DNA of 64,000 nt from assembly GCA_902801025.1 (NCBI GenBank), contig CADCGZ010000001.1:11091-75090 (forward strand), written 5' to 3'. Every line of letters begins with the position of its first letter. The stretch's first letter is position 1. Shown here piece after piece: positions 1 to 11,600 of the stretch. Under the pieces are notes generated by a model. The model searched no databases and was not told the origin of the DNA. It saw only the letters and a list, made by a program, of their open reading frames with translations. The DNA comes from an uncultured bacterium (lineage in GTDB: Bacteria > Verrucomicrobiota > Kiritimatiellia > RFP12 > UBA1067). The translations under genes were made by a program, and so were the position numbers.

Positions 1-3000
1 CAATACGAATATGGCCTTGGCGCGACCGAGTCGGCGGTGACGGAATGGCTGACCAACCCGACGAATATCGCCGAGGCCGGGACTTGGATCGTCAGGGCCA
101 CGATTCCCGCTAATGACAACTGGGCGTCCGCAACGAAAATCGCAACGTTTGAGATGTGGGACGATCCCGGGAAGCTCTACGACTACCGTGTTGACATCTT
201 CGTGAAGGGCGGATCAGTTCCCCTCACGAACTTCCCCGTCCCCGTGAGAATTTCTGAAGCACGCATAGGGGGCTTCAAGTACAAGCACGCGGATTCAAAG
301 GGGCAGCAGCTTGTGTTCATCGATACAGATGGCAACATCCTGCCCTACGAAGTCGACACGTGGGACACGGCTGGTGAGTCGCTCGTGTGGGTGGGGCTTG
401 CGACGTTGCCGACGACCGGCATGAAGATTACGATGTTCTGGGGGCTTGGCGACGGGAAGGAGCCGTTCGAATACACTCCAAAGGCGGTGTGGGACGAGAA
501 CTTTGTCGGCATCTGGCACATGACCGCATCTGGCGCAACGGGCAAGACCGTTGCGGATACTACTGGACGGAGCGACGGTACGCTTGTCGGATTAGCGACA
601 AGTCAGGCAGGACTGCTTGGCAAGTCAGTTTCGCTCCCGTCTCCAAACGAAAGTTCATGGATCACATGCGGGACAAAGCAGCCCAACTCCGAACTTGCAG
701 AGGGTTTTACTGTCGAGGGCTGGGCCAACGCGTCCAACTATTCAAGCAGGCACGCCATGTTTGGTAAGAAACAGTTTATATCGGTTCGAACTGAGTCCAA
801 GACGCAGATTGCCGTGACGACAATCGGTAAGAAGGATTTTTATATAGATACATCCCTGCCAGATGCCGGAAACTGGTTCCACTACGCGTTGACATTCAGG
901 CCCAGCGTGGCTGGCGGGCTCCAGTTCTATATCAACGGAGCACTGGTAAATGAGCAGACGACAGCGGTAGATAAACCGGGATACAACGACCCTACATCAT
1001 CCTCTGAAATGTTCATCGGTCGCAACGAATTCAGCACCGATCAGTATTTCCACGGACTTCTCGACGAATGTCGCCTTTCCAAGACGATTCGCCCAGGCGA
1101 ATGGATCGCTGCAGAATACGAGAGTATGTTTGATGAGAGCTTTGCGCTTACGAATTCCCCCGTCTATCACGGCGAAAAGAAGATAAATGTCTGGCTTGAA
1201 GTCCCTGCTCTTGACAAGACAGACTGGGATGCGAATGATACGCCCGGTTCGTTTATCTCCGAGGGCAAGTTGCTTTACGGCGATGTCACGAACGTTATTT
1301 ACTCTGTGTACACAGGTGAGACGTTTGCAGGGCTCTCGGATGTCACGAATGCTGGTCTTTATCGCATTGACTTTCTGCCGACCGAGACCGAGGGATATGA
1401 GCCGATCAGCTACACAATTGACATCCATGTCGTCGAGAGTCAGCCGTATACCGATATTGGCGGCAATGGTGGTGATTCTGGGCGTGTTCTCCTGATGAAT
1501 AATCATACTAAAGACCCTAATGCGGTTGACATTGATTATCAAGGATGGTATGATGCGGATAACACTGAACAAATCGATGGCAAAAAAGCTTTTGCAGGAA
1601 AATCCGACACAGTAACGTTCTGGCATCATCAGAATCTCACGGCGCCAGCGGTTACGGCATATAACCTTAAGCACGGAACGATATCGACTCTATACACAAA
1701 AAACTATGGGTCGCGACTTTGGGATCTTTATAATTGCCGTCATGGGAACACCTTCCCAACGAAAGATACAGATCCTCTTGTCGGCACGCAAAACTATTTG
1801 CCATGGAAAGCCACGTACTCACGGCGAATAAATGCTCATAACACATTGTCTGGTTCGCGTTCAACTGTTGGCCAACTTGTGATGCAGAACACGACTGACG
1901 CCGTTGTTTACTCGTCTTGCTTTACGAACGGTATTGGCACGATTTACTTCGATGCAGTGAATGGCTGGTGCCGTAGCGATGAGAATTACGAGAACTATAA
2001 AATTGTTGTTGAAATCGCGACGAATACAATTTATGGGCTTGAGCCGACGGACGTAAATAGCATGACAATCATTGAGACAACAAATGATGTCGAGAATGTT
2101 GGTATCGTCATTACTACAACCACAAACTATTATGGCAATCTTGAAGGGCAGTGGATTGCCGCGGGAATGATCCCATTCAAGCGCGATGGAACGGCAAACT
2201 TTGTCGAAGAGTCCAAGACGAGCGAGCTTGCGCTTTCAGTGATGAATGGCGGCACGATGGACAACTTCTACCGCGTTGTCGTTCCACTTGACATTGCAGG
2301 GCCAGTCCGTTTCCGAATAAGAAGAAGCAAGGCCGACGAAGATCGACCTGTTGACGTTTCCTCCTTCATCCTCCTCGATAACATCATTGCCTCGATTCCT
2401 GCGATGCGTGGAGATCTGGTGTCGGCGGGCCACTTCGACGCGGAAAAGAAGGGTTCGCAGGTGCTTGGCTGGGAGCTCGCGACGAGCACGCCCTATCCGT
2501 CCGGCGCAGATGCAGACCTGATAGCCCGCGCAACGCCTGTGTACACATTGAACGTCGGCGACGGCTCGACGCCCGATACGAACACGTTCTTCTCGTCTGC
2601 GACGATGCACTACCGCTGGCGCTACCTGAACCAGCAGGCAACCGACTGGCGGACGGTCGTCCTCAACCCGAGCGATGGCTTCAAGGCGCTTTCGGCCCTC
2701 GACCTCCCGGGACGCGTCGGCGACGTAGAATACTGGTTCGACTACAAGCTCCAGGCGCCGTTCTACAAGTACGTCGACTATTCAGGCGCGAGCAACGCCT
2801 CGATCAACTACACCGAGGAGCGCGGCATCCTCACGAACCGGCTCGACGGCGCGACGTTCGCGAGCGGCGGCACCGACTGGTTCTTCCGCCTGCGCGACGG
2901 GAAGAGCGACTATGCGGGCTTCGACATCGTCTTCAAGCGCGGCAACAGCGAGAATGTCGAGCGCGTCCACATGGCGCTTGCCGAAGATCATGTCTGGCGC

Positions 3001-6000
3001 GGCTTCGTCCAGACTAAGGAAAACCAGACCGGCCCGATAAAGTACCACATCGAGGCCCTTGACGAGCAGACGGAGCCCTTCGCCGAATATGCCGCGACGA
3101 CGAACTACTTCAACTGCAAGGTGGACGATCCCAAGTTCCCCGTCAGCGAGTCGCTCGTGCCCGGCGCCGCCGACAGCTGGTCGACGCTCACGCTCGACGC
3201 CGTGACGGGATACGTCATGTTCCAGATAGACGATACGTCGAAGGCGCTGACGGTAGTCCACGCCGACTACCAGAACGCAAACGGCTGGAACGACGCACAC
3301 GATCGCGTGGGACAGGACAAGAACGGGAATTCGGTGTCCAAGATCTTCGTCGGCACTTCGACGACCAACGCATACAAGATTGGCGTCTCGCCGTCGAAGC
3401 AGACGTTCAGCGAGGACTTCTCGGCCTGGGGCACGATGCCGGCGACGAACGAAACGTGGACGTTCCCGACGGGACTTACTGACATTCAGTCGGAACACAT
3501 GTACGGCCGCAAGGCATACGAGACGTTTGCGAGCGAGACGAACGGGCTTTGGGACATTGGCCAGGGCATGTGGGTGGCAAAGAAATACATGATTGACAAG
3601 GGCGCCGACGCCGGGGTCGCATTGCAGATGGAGGGCAACGGCAAGGGCTTCTTCCAGTTCACCGACAAAGACAGGGCACCGCGGGGTCTTGAATCGATAT
3701 CGTTCAACGTACGTCTCGGCCAGTTCATAGAATTCGACGATTTCAACTACTATGACGGCGAGGTCAAGATGTCGCTCATGAACTATACGTTCTACACGAG
3801 GGCGGCCTTTGACACAAATTCGAACAAGGATTTCAGGGGCAATGGGTCGCTTTCGGTCATCGCCAACTACCTGCCGAACAAGGGATGCTACGAGGCGAGA
3901 TGGGAACAGATAGCCAACGAATCAAGTAGCAAGGGCGGTCAGCGCCTGTGCCTCTATCGCTGGAATGTGTCGCGCAACGGGAAGACTGAAAAGCTGTTGA
4001 CCGCATGGACCAATGTCAACACATTTGCACAGGCGAAGACAACGGCGTTTAGCAGCAGTGCAAAGTTCATGCCGTTCTACATTACCGTCTCGAACGACAC
4101 GGCAAACGCCTGCACATGGGTCGCGGCAGGTGTGTGCGACACCGCCATAGCGCCAAACGCTTCGTGGCAGTCGAGCAAGTGGTACATTGTCGCCTGCAGG
4201 GACAACGATTCTCAAAATCGCCTTGTCAGGGGCACATACGGCGTCCTGTCATCGAACTGCGACGGCGTCTTTATGGTGCCGCAGTATTCCCCGAACGTGG
4301 TTTTCAGCAAGGATGACGAATTGAAGCTGGCGGCAGGCAAGGCCGGGTTCTACACGCAGAAGACTCGTACGGGGCCGGCGGGACTTGTCATGCGCACGGA
4401 CGGCTTTGGATCGAAAGACGACGTAGATGTAAACTGGAACATAATTCCAGGAAGAATGAAGACGAGGAAAGAGGGAACGGACGACTATACAATAGGAATC
4501 GTAGCCGATCCGAACGTCCAGAACCTTGAGATATATCTCGGCACGGCCGGTCGCGCCGACTGGGGTGCAACACCGTACAAGACAATTGCCATTAATGGCT
4601 TCGGCGGCGCCACGACAAACATTGCCCTCTACACGACGAAGGACTGCTCCGTCAGGTTTGCGGTCGCCGGAACGGGTCGAGACATCAGAACCGACGTCGT
4701 CGTCGATACTGTGCAGCTAAGGCAGTGGCGCGGCGGGAACTGGGACGACGACGATGTGTGGCCGCTTCTCCCGGCGTGGGCGGACGCCCAGCACCGCAAC
4801 AAGCCGGTCGGGCACACGAACTTCGTCTTCACCTCGGCCTGGGTGACGAACCATACCGTGCTCCTTAGCGCCAAGCGCGCGAAGGTCGACGAGCCGTCGT
4901 CGATACGCTCGCCGCTGATGGACGGCTTCTCGGACGATAACACGGGCTACGTCCGCGGCAAGGGCCTTGGCATGATCTCCATCGGCTACGCGAACGCCCA
5001 GGAGAACGCCGTCCTGACGCTGCAGATTGCGACGAACGGCGTCGACTACACGTCGATCGGGACCTACGACCACCATCTCGAGTCCACCATCTGGACGCCG
5101 ATCACGAATTATAACTTCGGGGCGATGACGGAGACGCAGCGCAAGTCGGGCGTTCTCAATACCTACTTGGGGCTCCATGATCTCAAGGGCGCGATGCGCA
5201 TCATCGTGAGCACCAACGTAATCGCCAATGTCGCAGGCGAGACGAATCCTCAAAGATTCGGCGACGTGACGATAACCTCGATTTCCTGCAGCGACGAACC
5301 CGCCGTGGACGTCCACAGCTGGTGGGGCTGGAACCTGCGCACAGTAGGCGGTGACGAGGATAGCGAGAAGAAGATGTTCCTTGGCGACTTTTCGACGGAT
5401 GTCGGCGGGGCGGGCCTCTCGGTCGCGCTTAACAACTCGGTCGACGGCGATAACTGCCAAATTTCCAAGATCGACTACCGTGACCGCGAGTCGTACATCC
5501 AGCACAAGCCGTTCATCCAGACGCCGACGTTCACTTCGAACATCGTGGGCGAAGTCTCGTTCAAGGCCCGCAAGTACTCGTCGTCCGACCCGACGGCCAC
5601 GATCACGATCTACGGGTCGAGGAACGCCTCCGAGACGGACGAGGGCACGTGGGACAGGATCGACAACGGTGTGTTCATGGTGTCGAACGACTGGTACGAG
5701 ACCTACAGCTGCAAGATGGATTCGCGCTACAAGGCGTTCCGCCTCGCCGTCGCGGGCGTTGACGGCGTCATGGAGACCGCCGCAGGCGGCGGCAACGGGC
5801 TTCCCGACGGCGCCTACGACCCGCCGCCGCGCGTCCTCCTTGACGAAATATTCGTCAGCGAAGCCATAGACGCCAGGATGGGCTTCAAGAACGTCGGCTG
5901 CTTCAGGCACGACATGTCGGGGCTCGGCGAGGTGCCGAACGTCCCGAGCGCCGGCGAGCAGCCGCTCTGCGAGGAGTCGTGGGGCGTGCAGTGCGAAATC

Positions 6001-8214
6001 TACGGCGCCCAGCTCGCATCGGACATCGACTTCTCCCACACGCCGCGCGTCAAGCTGTACTGGTACGCGGACATCTCGCCATGGGGCTTCGAAAACTGGA
6101 AGGACAACCCAAAAGCCAATTCCGCGTGGCTTTCCCGCGCGCTCGAGACCGAGGAGGACCGCTACGTCTATCGTTCGAGCATGCGCACGAGCCCTGACGC
6201 CGTCGTGCCGATGTCTATCGTGGCGCCGACTCGCGTGCAGTACATGCTCGAGGTCGTGTTCTACACGAAGGAGAACCCGACCGTCCCGATGACGAACTGG
6301 CTCTCGGCGACCGACTGGCAGATCCCCGACTGGTACAAGCCGCTCGACCTCAACGCCGAATACGGCCGGAACGGCGACTTCGCGGCGTACAACATCCTCG
6401 ACAACGTGGCTCCGGGCTGGGCGTGGATCAACGAGGTCAACATCTTCGGCGAGTTCAAGAACTGGAGCAACTCCGACGAGAACTGCCAGTTCGTCGAAAT
6501 CGCCCATCCGCCTGAGGCCGATGTCTCCGGCTGGCAGGTGCGCCTCCTCGAGCCGAGCATGGGCAACAACCTCATCTACACCAATGTTCTCGCAAGGTTC
6601 GGCAGCGGTGGACTCGCGGGCACGAAGCAGATGTCGTCCGAGGACGCCGAGGTCAACATGGTCTTCCGCGTGATCGGCAGCCCCCTGTCGCGGTCGAGCG
6701 GACGGCTCAAGAAGTCGGACGGCACTCTCGACGCCGTGTGGGGCGTCGACAACCCGACGCTTGAGTTCACGTCCGACGGCGTCATCAGCTACTACGACCC
6801 GATGGTCTTCCAGCTCGTCCGCACAAGCGGCATCATCGAACACGAAATCATCGTCGAAGGCACGAACTACCTCGAGTCGCTCGAGATCGAGTCGCCCGAC
6901 TACCTCAGGGAGATGCGCGACTTCGTGACGAACAAGCTCCAGCAGAGCACGATTCCGATCCCCGGCTACGACTACGGCGGCGCGAGCAACTCCCTCAGCG
7001 TGATCCAGAACTTCGGGCACAACGGCATGGAGGAGCCCGAGAACGACTGGACGACGGCCGTCAAGATGACGCCCGGCGGCCGTAACATAGGCCAGGTCAT
7101 CGACCCCAACCATCCGGTGCCGGCGGGCGAGGAGATTCTCGTCTACTTCACCGTGACAGGCGACCACATCACGCAGTCCATGGATGGCTCGAACTTCACG
7201 AACGGCATGTTCTCCGCGATCGTAACGAAGAACAACCCCGTCGGCACTAACGTCATCTACAGGGTCGACCCGTGGTATGTGCTCGGCTCGGTGAGGACAG
7301 GGACGGTCTCGCTGATCGACAAGGCGGTGCAGACCAAGGCGACGCAGCCCTTCGAGTATACGCTTTCCAACGTCGCGAAGGGAATCTCCAACAACGTGAC
7401 GGTCGTGGCTTCGGCTGTGCTCAACCCGAAATTAGGCACCGACTGGGGCGTTCCCGAGGACGATCCCTACCGCGACGCGATCATCGACTGGCTCGAGGGC
7501 GGCACGGACCTCTACGGCAATCCGTTCGCCGACGTGGAATCGGGCGACATAAAGCTCGCGAACTACCGCTCGTGGTGGACCCGCGAAGTCGTGACGAACC
7601 TGACGCTGAGGGAGATGTACTGGCTCGACATGGATCCCACGATCGGCAACCTCTCGCTCATCGGCGGCATAACCGTCGATCCGCACGGCATAGAGCACGT
7701 CGTGACGCGGACCATCGGCGAAAGCTCGGTCATCATGACGAACCGCCGCGTGAACGTCTACATGATGATCTCGAACGAGAACGCGACGGTTGCGGCGCCG
7801 ACGCATCCGCGCGGCGCACACGACTTCACGACGCACTGGACGCCGTACGTTCTGCGCGGGCTGAAGCCGGGAGAGAGCTCTCGCTACTACGTGTCTGCGA
7901 CGGACGACTGGGACAGCGTCACGTTCAAGATCACGGGCATGCTCATGAACGGCTACACGTCGTTCGAAAACGTCGACAACAAGGTCCCCTTGAGGCACTT
8001 CGTGTTCAACGAGAACTCGTTCAGCGCCGAAGGGCTCTCGAAGATCGAGGTCTACGACCCGTATTCGCCGCTCTCGGTCGGCTACAACGCCGGCTGGAAG
8101 CGCTGGTGGGACAAGCACGGCTACTGCCCCGTCGTATTCTTCTGGATGATCGACACGAGACTTCCGCCTGTTGGCGTGGAGCAGTTGCAGGAGGACAGCT
8201 ACTATGGCGACTGA
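1..8214 (+). CDS. giant secreted/surface protein, 5'-partial (>=2737 aa): DUF2341-like + LamG jelly-roll modules near the N-terminus, lamin-tail-domain (LTD)-like module near the C-terminus
   Basis: Frame 1 has no stop from nt 1, so the GTG at 37 in the ORF track is not a credible start. Stop is TGA at 8212-8214. The translation shows a LamG/ConA-like module ending LLDECRLSKTIRPGEWIAAEYESM (nt ~150-1130). It also shows an LTD-like signature AWINEVNIFGE..CQFVEIAHPPEADVSGWQVRLLE (nt ~6420-6550). Overlapping antisense ORFs are Arg/Val/Ala/Asp-rich low-complexity artefacts. Confidence 0.85.
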   Translation, partial: QYEYGLGATESAVTEWLTNPTNIAEAGTWIVRATIPANDNWASATKIATFEMWDDPGKLYDYRVDIFVKGGSVPLTNFPVPVRISEARIGGFKYKHADSKGQQLVFIDTDGNILPYEVDTWDTAGESLVWVGLATLPTTGMKITMFWGLGDGKEPFEYTPKAVWDENFVGIWHMTASGATGKTVADTTGRSDGTLVGLATSQAGLLGKSVSLPSPNESSWITCGTKQPNSELAEGFTVEGWANASNYSSRHAMFGKKQFISVRTESKTQIAVTTIGKKDFYIDTSLPDAGNWFHYALTFRPSVAGGLQFYINGALVNEQTTAVDKPGYNDPTSSSEMFIGRNEFSTDQYFHGLLDECRLSKTIRPGEWIAAEYESMFDESFALTNSPVYHGEKKINVWLEVPALDKTDWDANDTPGSFISEGKLLYGDVTNVIYSVYTGETFAGLSDVTNAGLYRIDFLPTETEGYEPISYTIDIHVVESQPYTDIGGNGGDSGRVLLMNNHTKDPNAVDIDYQGWYDADNTEQIDGKKAFAGKSDTVTFWHHQNLTAPAVTAYNLKHGTISTLYTKNYGSRLWDLYNCRHGNTFPTKDTDPLVGTQNYLPWKATYSRRINAHNTLSGSRSTVGQLVMQNTTDAVVYSSCFTNGIGTIYFDAVNGWCRSDENYENYKIVVEIATNTIYGLEPTDVNSMTIIETTNDVENVGIVITTTTNYYGNLEGQWIAAGMIPFKRDGTANFVEESKTSELALSVMNGGTMDNFYRVVVPLDIAGPVRFRIRRSKADEDRPVDVSSFILLDNIIASIPAMRGDLVSAGHFDAEKKGSQVLGWELATSTPYPSGADADLIARATPVYTLNVGDGSTPDTNTFFSSATMHYRWRYLNQQATDWRTVVLNPSDGFKALSALDLPGRVGDVEYWFDYKLQAPFYKYVDYSGASNASINYTEERGILTNRLDGATFASGGTDWFFRLRDGKSDYAGFDIVFKRGNSENVERVHMALAEDHVWRGFVQTKENQTGPIKYHIEALDEQTEPFAEYAATTNYFNCKVDDPKFPVSESLVPGAADSWSTLTLDAVTGYVMFQIDDTSKALTVVHADYQNANGWNDAHDRVGQDKNGNSVSKIFVGTSTTNAYKIGVSPSKQTFSEDFSAWGTMPATNETWTFPTGLTDIQSEHMYGRKAYETFASETNGLWDIGQGMWVAKKYMIDKGADAGVALQMEGNGKGFFQFTDKDRAPRGLESISFNVRLGQFIEFDDFNYYDGEVKMSLMNYTFYTRAAFDTNSNKDFRGNGSLSVIANYLPNKGCYEARWEQIANESSSKGGQRLCLYRWNVSRNGKTEKLLTAWTNVNTFAQAKTTAFSSSAKFMPFYITVSNDTANACTWVAAGVCDTAIAPNASWQSSKWYIVACRDNDSQNRLVRGTYGVLSSNCDGVFMVPQYSPNVVFSKDDELKLAAGKAGFYTQKTRTGPAGLVMRTDGFGSKDDVDVNWNIIPGRMKTRKEGTDDYTIGIVADPNVQNLEIYLGTAGRADWGATPYKTIAINGFGGATTNIALYTTKDCSVRFAVAGTGRDIRTDVVVDTVQLRQWRGGNWDDDDVWPLLPAWADAQHRNKPVGHTNFVFTSAWVTNHTVLLSAKRAKVDEPSSIRSPLMDGFSDDNTGYVRGKGLGMISIGYANAQENAVLTLQIATNGVDYTSIGTYDHHLESTIWTPITNYNFGAMTETQRKSGVLNTYLGLHDLKGAMRIIVSTNVIANVAGETNPQRFGDVTITSISCSDEPAVDVHSWWGWNLRTVGGDEDSEKKMFLGDFSTDVGGAGLSVALNNSVDGDNCQISKIDYRDRESYIQHKPFIQTPTFTSNIVGEVSFKARKYSSSDPTATITIYGSRNASETDEGTWDRIDNGVFMVSNDWYETYSCKMDSRYKAFRLAVAGVDGVMETAAGGGNGLPDGAYDPPPRVLLDEIFVSEAIDARMGFKNVGCFRHDMSGLGEVPNVPSAGEQPLCEESWGVQCEIYGAQLASDIDFSHTPRVKLYWYADISPWGFENWKDNPKANSAWLSRALETEEDRYVYRSSMRTSPDAVVPMSIVAPTRVQYMLEVVFYTKENPTVPMTNWLSATDWQIPDWYKPLDLNAEYGRNGDFAAYNILDNVAPGWAWINEVNIFGEFKNWSNSDENCQFVEIAHPPEADVSGWQVRLLEPSMGNNLIYTNVLARFGSGGLAGTKQMSSEDAEVNMVFRVIGSPLSRSSGRLKKSDGTLDAVWGVDNPTLEFTSDGVISYYDPMVFQLVRTSGIIEHEIIVEGTNYLESLEIESPDYLREMRDFVTNKLQQSTIPIPGYDYGGASNSLSVIQNFGHNGMEEPENDWTTAVKMTPGGRNIGQVIDPNHPVPAGEEILVYFTVTGDHITQSMDGSNFTNGMFSAIVTKNNPVGTNVIYRVDPWYVLGSVRTGTVSLIDKAVQTKATQPFEYTLSNVAKGISNNVTVVASAVLNPKLGTDWGVPEDDPYRDAIIDWLEGGTDLYGNPFADVESGDIKLANYRSWWTREVVTNLTLREMYWLDMDPTIGNLSLIGGITVDPHGIEHVVTRTIGESSVIMTNRRVNVYMMISNENATVAAPTHPRGAHDFTTHWTPYVLRGLKPGESSRYYVSATDDWDSVTFKITGMLMNGYTSFENVDNKVPLRHFVFNENSFSAEGLSKIEVYDPYSPLSVGYNAGWKRWWDKHGYCPVVFFWMIDTRLPPVGVEQLQEDSYYGD

Positions 8215-8647
8215 CGAAATGAAAGACAGCAAGAAGCCGAAATGGCTGCTGCCCGCGGCGATAGGCGCCGCGCTGCTCGCGATTGCCGCGTTGGTGGCCC
8301 TGGTATGCCTCCGCGGCAAGTTCGCCGCGGAGCAGCCCGCCGATCCGTACGATACGCAATACGCGCGGATGCACGACCCAGCGTACCTCAAGCAGCTCGA
8401 CGAACTTCGCCAGGAGCAGAAGGGAATCGCCAGGATGCTCGGCGAGGCGCAGGCCGCGCTCGAGCAGGCGAAGGAGAAGGGCGAGGACTCGGAGGAGTTC
8501 AAGGCCGCGCAGGCCAAGATGGCGGCGGCGAAAGACGCATTTCAGAAGAACCGCATAAAGGCGCAGACGCTCGTCCGCGACCGCATCATGCAGGAAAACG
8601 ACGCAATAAAGGCCAAACAGGAATCTTCGAAAGAGAAGGGTGAATAA
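8204..8647 (+). CDS. small single-pass membrane protein with a long Ala/Glu/Lys/Gln-rich predicted coiled coil (hypothetical)
   Basis: ATG 8204 is preceded by GGAGG (8190-8194, 9-nt spacer) and overlaps the upstream stop by 11 nt. An in-frame alternative ATG lies at 8219. One TM helix (WLLPAAIGAALLAIAALVALVCL). Stop TAA 8645-8647 lies 3 nt before the next gene's ATG. No recognisable family. Confidence 0.6.
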   Translation: MATDEMKDSKKPKWLLPAAIGAALLAIAALVALVCLRGKFAAEQPADPYDTQYARMHDPAYLKQLDELRQEQKGIARMLGEAQAALEQAKEKGEDSEEFKAAQAKMAAAKDAFQKNRIKAQTLVRDRIMQENDAIKAKQESSKEKGE

Positions 8648-8650
8648 ATC

Positions 8651-11600
8651 ATGAAAAAGAAACTGACGACCCTCGCACTGACAGCAGCCCTCGGATTGTT
8701 CGCGGGGCCATTCGCCAAGGCCGCCGACGGCGACATCTACGACATCGTGCCGTGCACCGAGTACGGCGTGGACCGAGGCGCGTGGACGATTCCCGACGAT
8801 CCGTTTGGCTCGGGCGTCGACGTCTACTTCAAGATCCGCCTCGTCGCGCGCGAGTTCAACGGCGCTGCCCCGGTCAGCCTCTGGCGCCTCGACTACGACG
8901 GACTTATCTCCCCGAGCGTCGTCTCGAACCTCTACCCGATGCAGATCGGCATCTACGTCTCTGGCAGGCAGACGTTTGCAAAGCTTGACACGGTGCTGGC
9001 CGAGGGCAACTACACGACGGCGCTCATCTTCAAGTACACTACGAAGCCGGGCGACTTCGCGATGCCAATACGCCTTGCGACCGCCGCCGGCCCCGCGGGC
9101 GATGCGATTGGCAACGGCGAGTATGTGTTCAACCCGGCCACCTCCTACTGGAAGATGAGCCGCTACGACTCCAGCAACAACAGCATCTCCGACTGCAACT
9201 GGACCTTTACGTCCGACAACACGAGGATCGGCCGCGCGATAACCGACATCGGCCGCTCGCCAGTCACCGACTACTCGCTCCAGGATTGCGGGATATACGT
9301 CAAGACTGTCGACTTCTCCAACGACTGGGAAGACGCGGCCTATTGGCGCTCGATCCACGAGAACTCGACGATTACCGGCGGCGGCATAAGCCCCCGTCTC
9401 GCGATCACGGCGCCGTCCGACGAGAAGCGCTCGTTCTACGTGTGGTCCTCCGACGAGAGCAAGATCAAGGTCAAGGCCTCCGGGTCCGTCACCGTCTCGC
9501 CGGTCACGATGCAGATCGACTCCTCTGGCACCATGGACACTTTCCAGGTGGCCAAGGTGTCGTTCGAAGGCGGCTCGGGCGATCCCGTTCCGTTCCTCGT
9601 CGAGGCCCAGCCCAACTCGTCGGGCGACACGGCCAACCTCATCCTCAGCGCATACGACCACTTCAACTACTCGGCCTCGTCCACCGACCAGCTCATCGAC
9701 TACATCACGGTTCCCGTGAAGTGCATCGAGGCGCTTCCCGCGAGCGTCATCGTAGAAAGCGCCGACAAGTCGATAACGGCGGACAACGACTACATGACGG
9801 CCAAGACTTCGCTCGCCGTCTATCTCTCGCAGGCGGTTGAAACCAACGTCACCATCACGATCAAGACGACGTTCGAGGACGACGCCACCAAGACCGATTG
9901 GGGCAACTACGTCCGCTTCTCGACTTCCGCCAACACGGTGCAGACCCTTCCGGTCGACAACGAGGTCACGATTACCATTCCCGCCGGCTCGACGGAAAAG
10001 AGGATCGTCTACATCTACGCGCTGCGCGGCGACTCGCATACGACAGGTGACGGGCACCAGGTGAAGTTTACCCCGTACGTCGACCCTGCGGTAATGGCGG
10101 CGGCGGGCATTCAGGATCTCACGGCGGCGGGCCTCTGGATCAGCGCCGCGAAGCCGGTCATCACGACGCCCGACTCGACGAGCACCTATGAGGTCACGGC
10201 AGGCGAGGAACTCGAGATCAACGTCGCCGTGGAGGATACCTACGCCGACATGACCGACACGGCGACCGGCTACCAGGTCAAGATCAAGACCGGCTCGACG
10301 GCAAGCTGGACGACTCTCCCCGAGCGGTTCAAGGTGACCGGCGAGGAAGGCGAGCTTATCGGCCTCACGTCCGGCAACCCGCCGACGATCGAATACCCGT
10401 CCGCCGGCACACAGACGTCGCAGATCCAGGTAATTGCGCCGATCAGCGGCAAGAAGAGCGAAATCGTCACCTTCACCGTGAACGTTGCCGCTGCGAAGAC
10501 GACGAGCGCCATGTCGCTCGACCCCGATCCCGACAACTACGTCGAAGGCGACATCGTGCACTTCCGCATCGCGCTCAGCTCGCAAAACGACACGGGCGCC
10601 CCGATCTACGCGTTCCTCGTCTGCAACGAAGACGTGGATCTCTCGATGTTCGGCGGCACGGCCTCCAAGGCGATCCTGAGGGACAGGACGGCCGCGGCGC
10701 CAGGTTCCGTCGGCAGGCAGATCGGCGAAGTCGGTTCTTACGCCGACAGCTCCTTCACGGTGCTTGATGGCCTTTCCTCGGACGACGGCGGGCTCAACTA
10801 CACGTTCTCCGTGGTCCTCTGCAGGACGAAGGAATACGATCCCGCCCAGCGGCTCGAGGGCTACGCCACGACCGAGATGCTCAACATCACGGTCTACAAC
10901 AAGGAGCCCGAGTTCGTAACCGTGTCCCTCAACGGCTTTGACGCGGACGGCGACGGCTACACGTTCTCCAACCAGTACCCGAAGGGCCAGGACCAGACGA
11001 TCCAGCCGACCTTCGACGACGTCTCCTACGACCTGAAGCACGGCTTCTCCTACAAGTGGACGGCCTCCCGCGACGGCAAGGCCGAGGTGAACGGCACGGT
11101 GATGCACGACACGACCGGAACGGTCACGACGCCAACGACGACCTGGAACGGGAACCAGTGCACGACCGTGGTGCCCGACGGCGAAAACATCAACGAGTGC
11201 CCGATCGTCTACAACTTCCCGCGCGCCGGGACCTGGACCGTCAAGATCCAGATGAAGGACAAGGACATGACGAAGATCTCGCCCGTCTCCTATTCCATCT
11301 CCTTCGTCATACTCTCCAATCCCGCGATCACGATAACGGCCGATTCGTCCTACGACGAAAACCTGAACGCCGCGAAGTTCGACGTCGGGCTCGGCTACTT
11401 CGATTCCGACGACGACATCGTCGTCAAGCTGACCGTTACGCCGCCTGCGGGCACGAACCCGGGATCGCTCGTCCTCGACAACGAGTTCAAGACGGTGCCT
11501 GCGGGCTACCCCGCGCTCGCCGACAACGAGTACTACGTGGTCTTTGACTCCGCGCAGGCGATATCGATCGGCATTGACTCGATGGACGGCACGCGCCTGT

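Noticed and set aside
37-39. GTG at 37 as the start of the first giant gene
   Set aside because: The frame is open from nt 1 (QYEYGLGATESA precedes it). The gene almost certainly starts upstream of the window.
1514-1530. GACCCTAAT word inside the first giant gene as another repeat insertion
   Set aside because: It is a single 8-9-mer with no neighbouring words, which is expected by chance in 64 kb.
4717-7167. 816-aa minus-strand ORF, plus many shorter + and - ORFs within 1-8214
   Set aside because: All overlap the giant frame-1 CDS, and their products are compositionally biased and motif-free.
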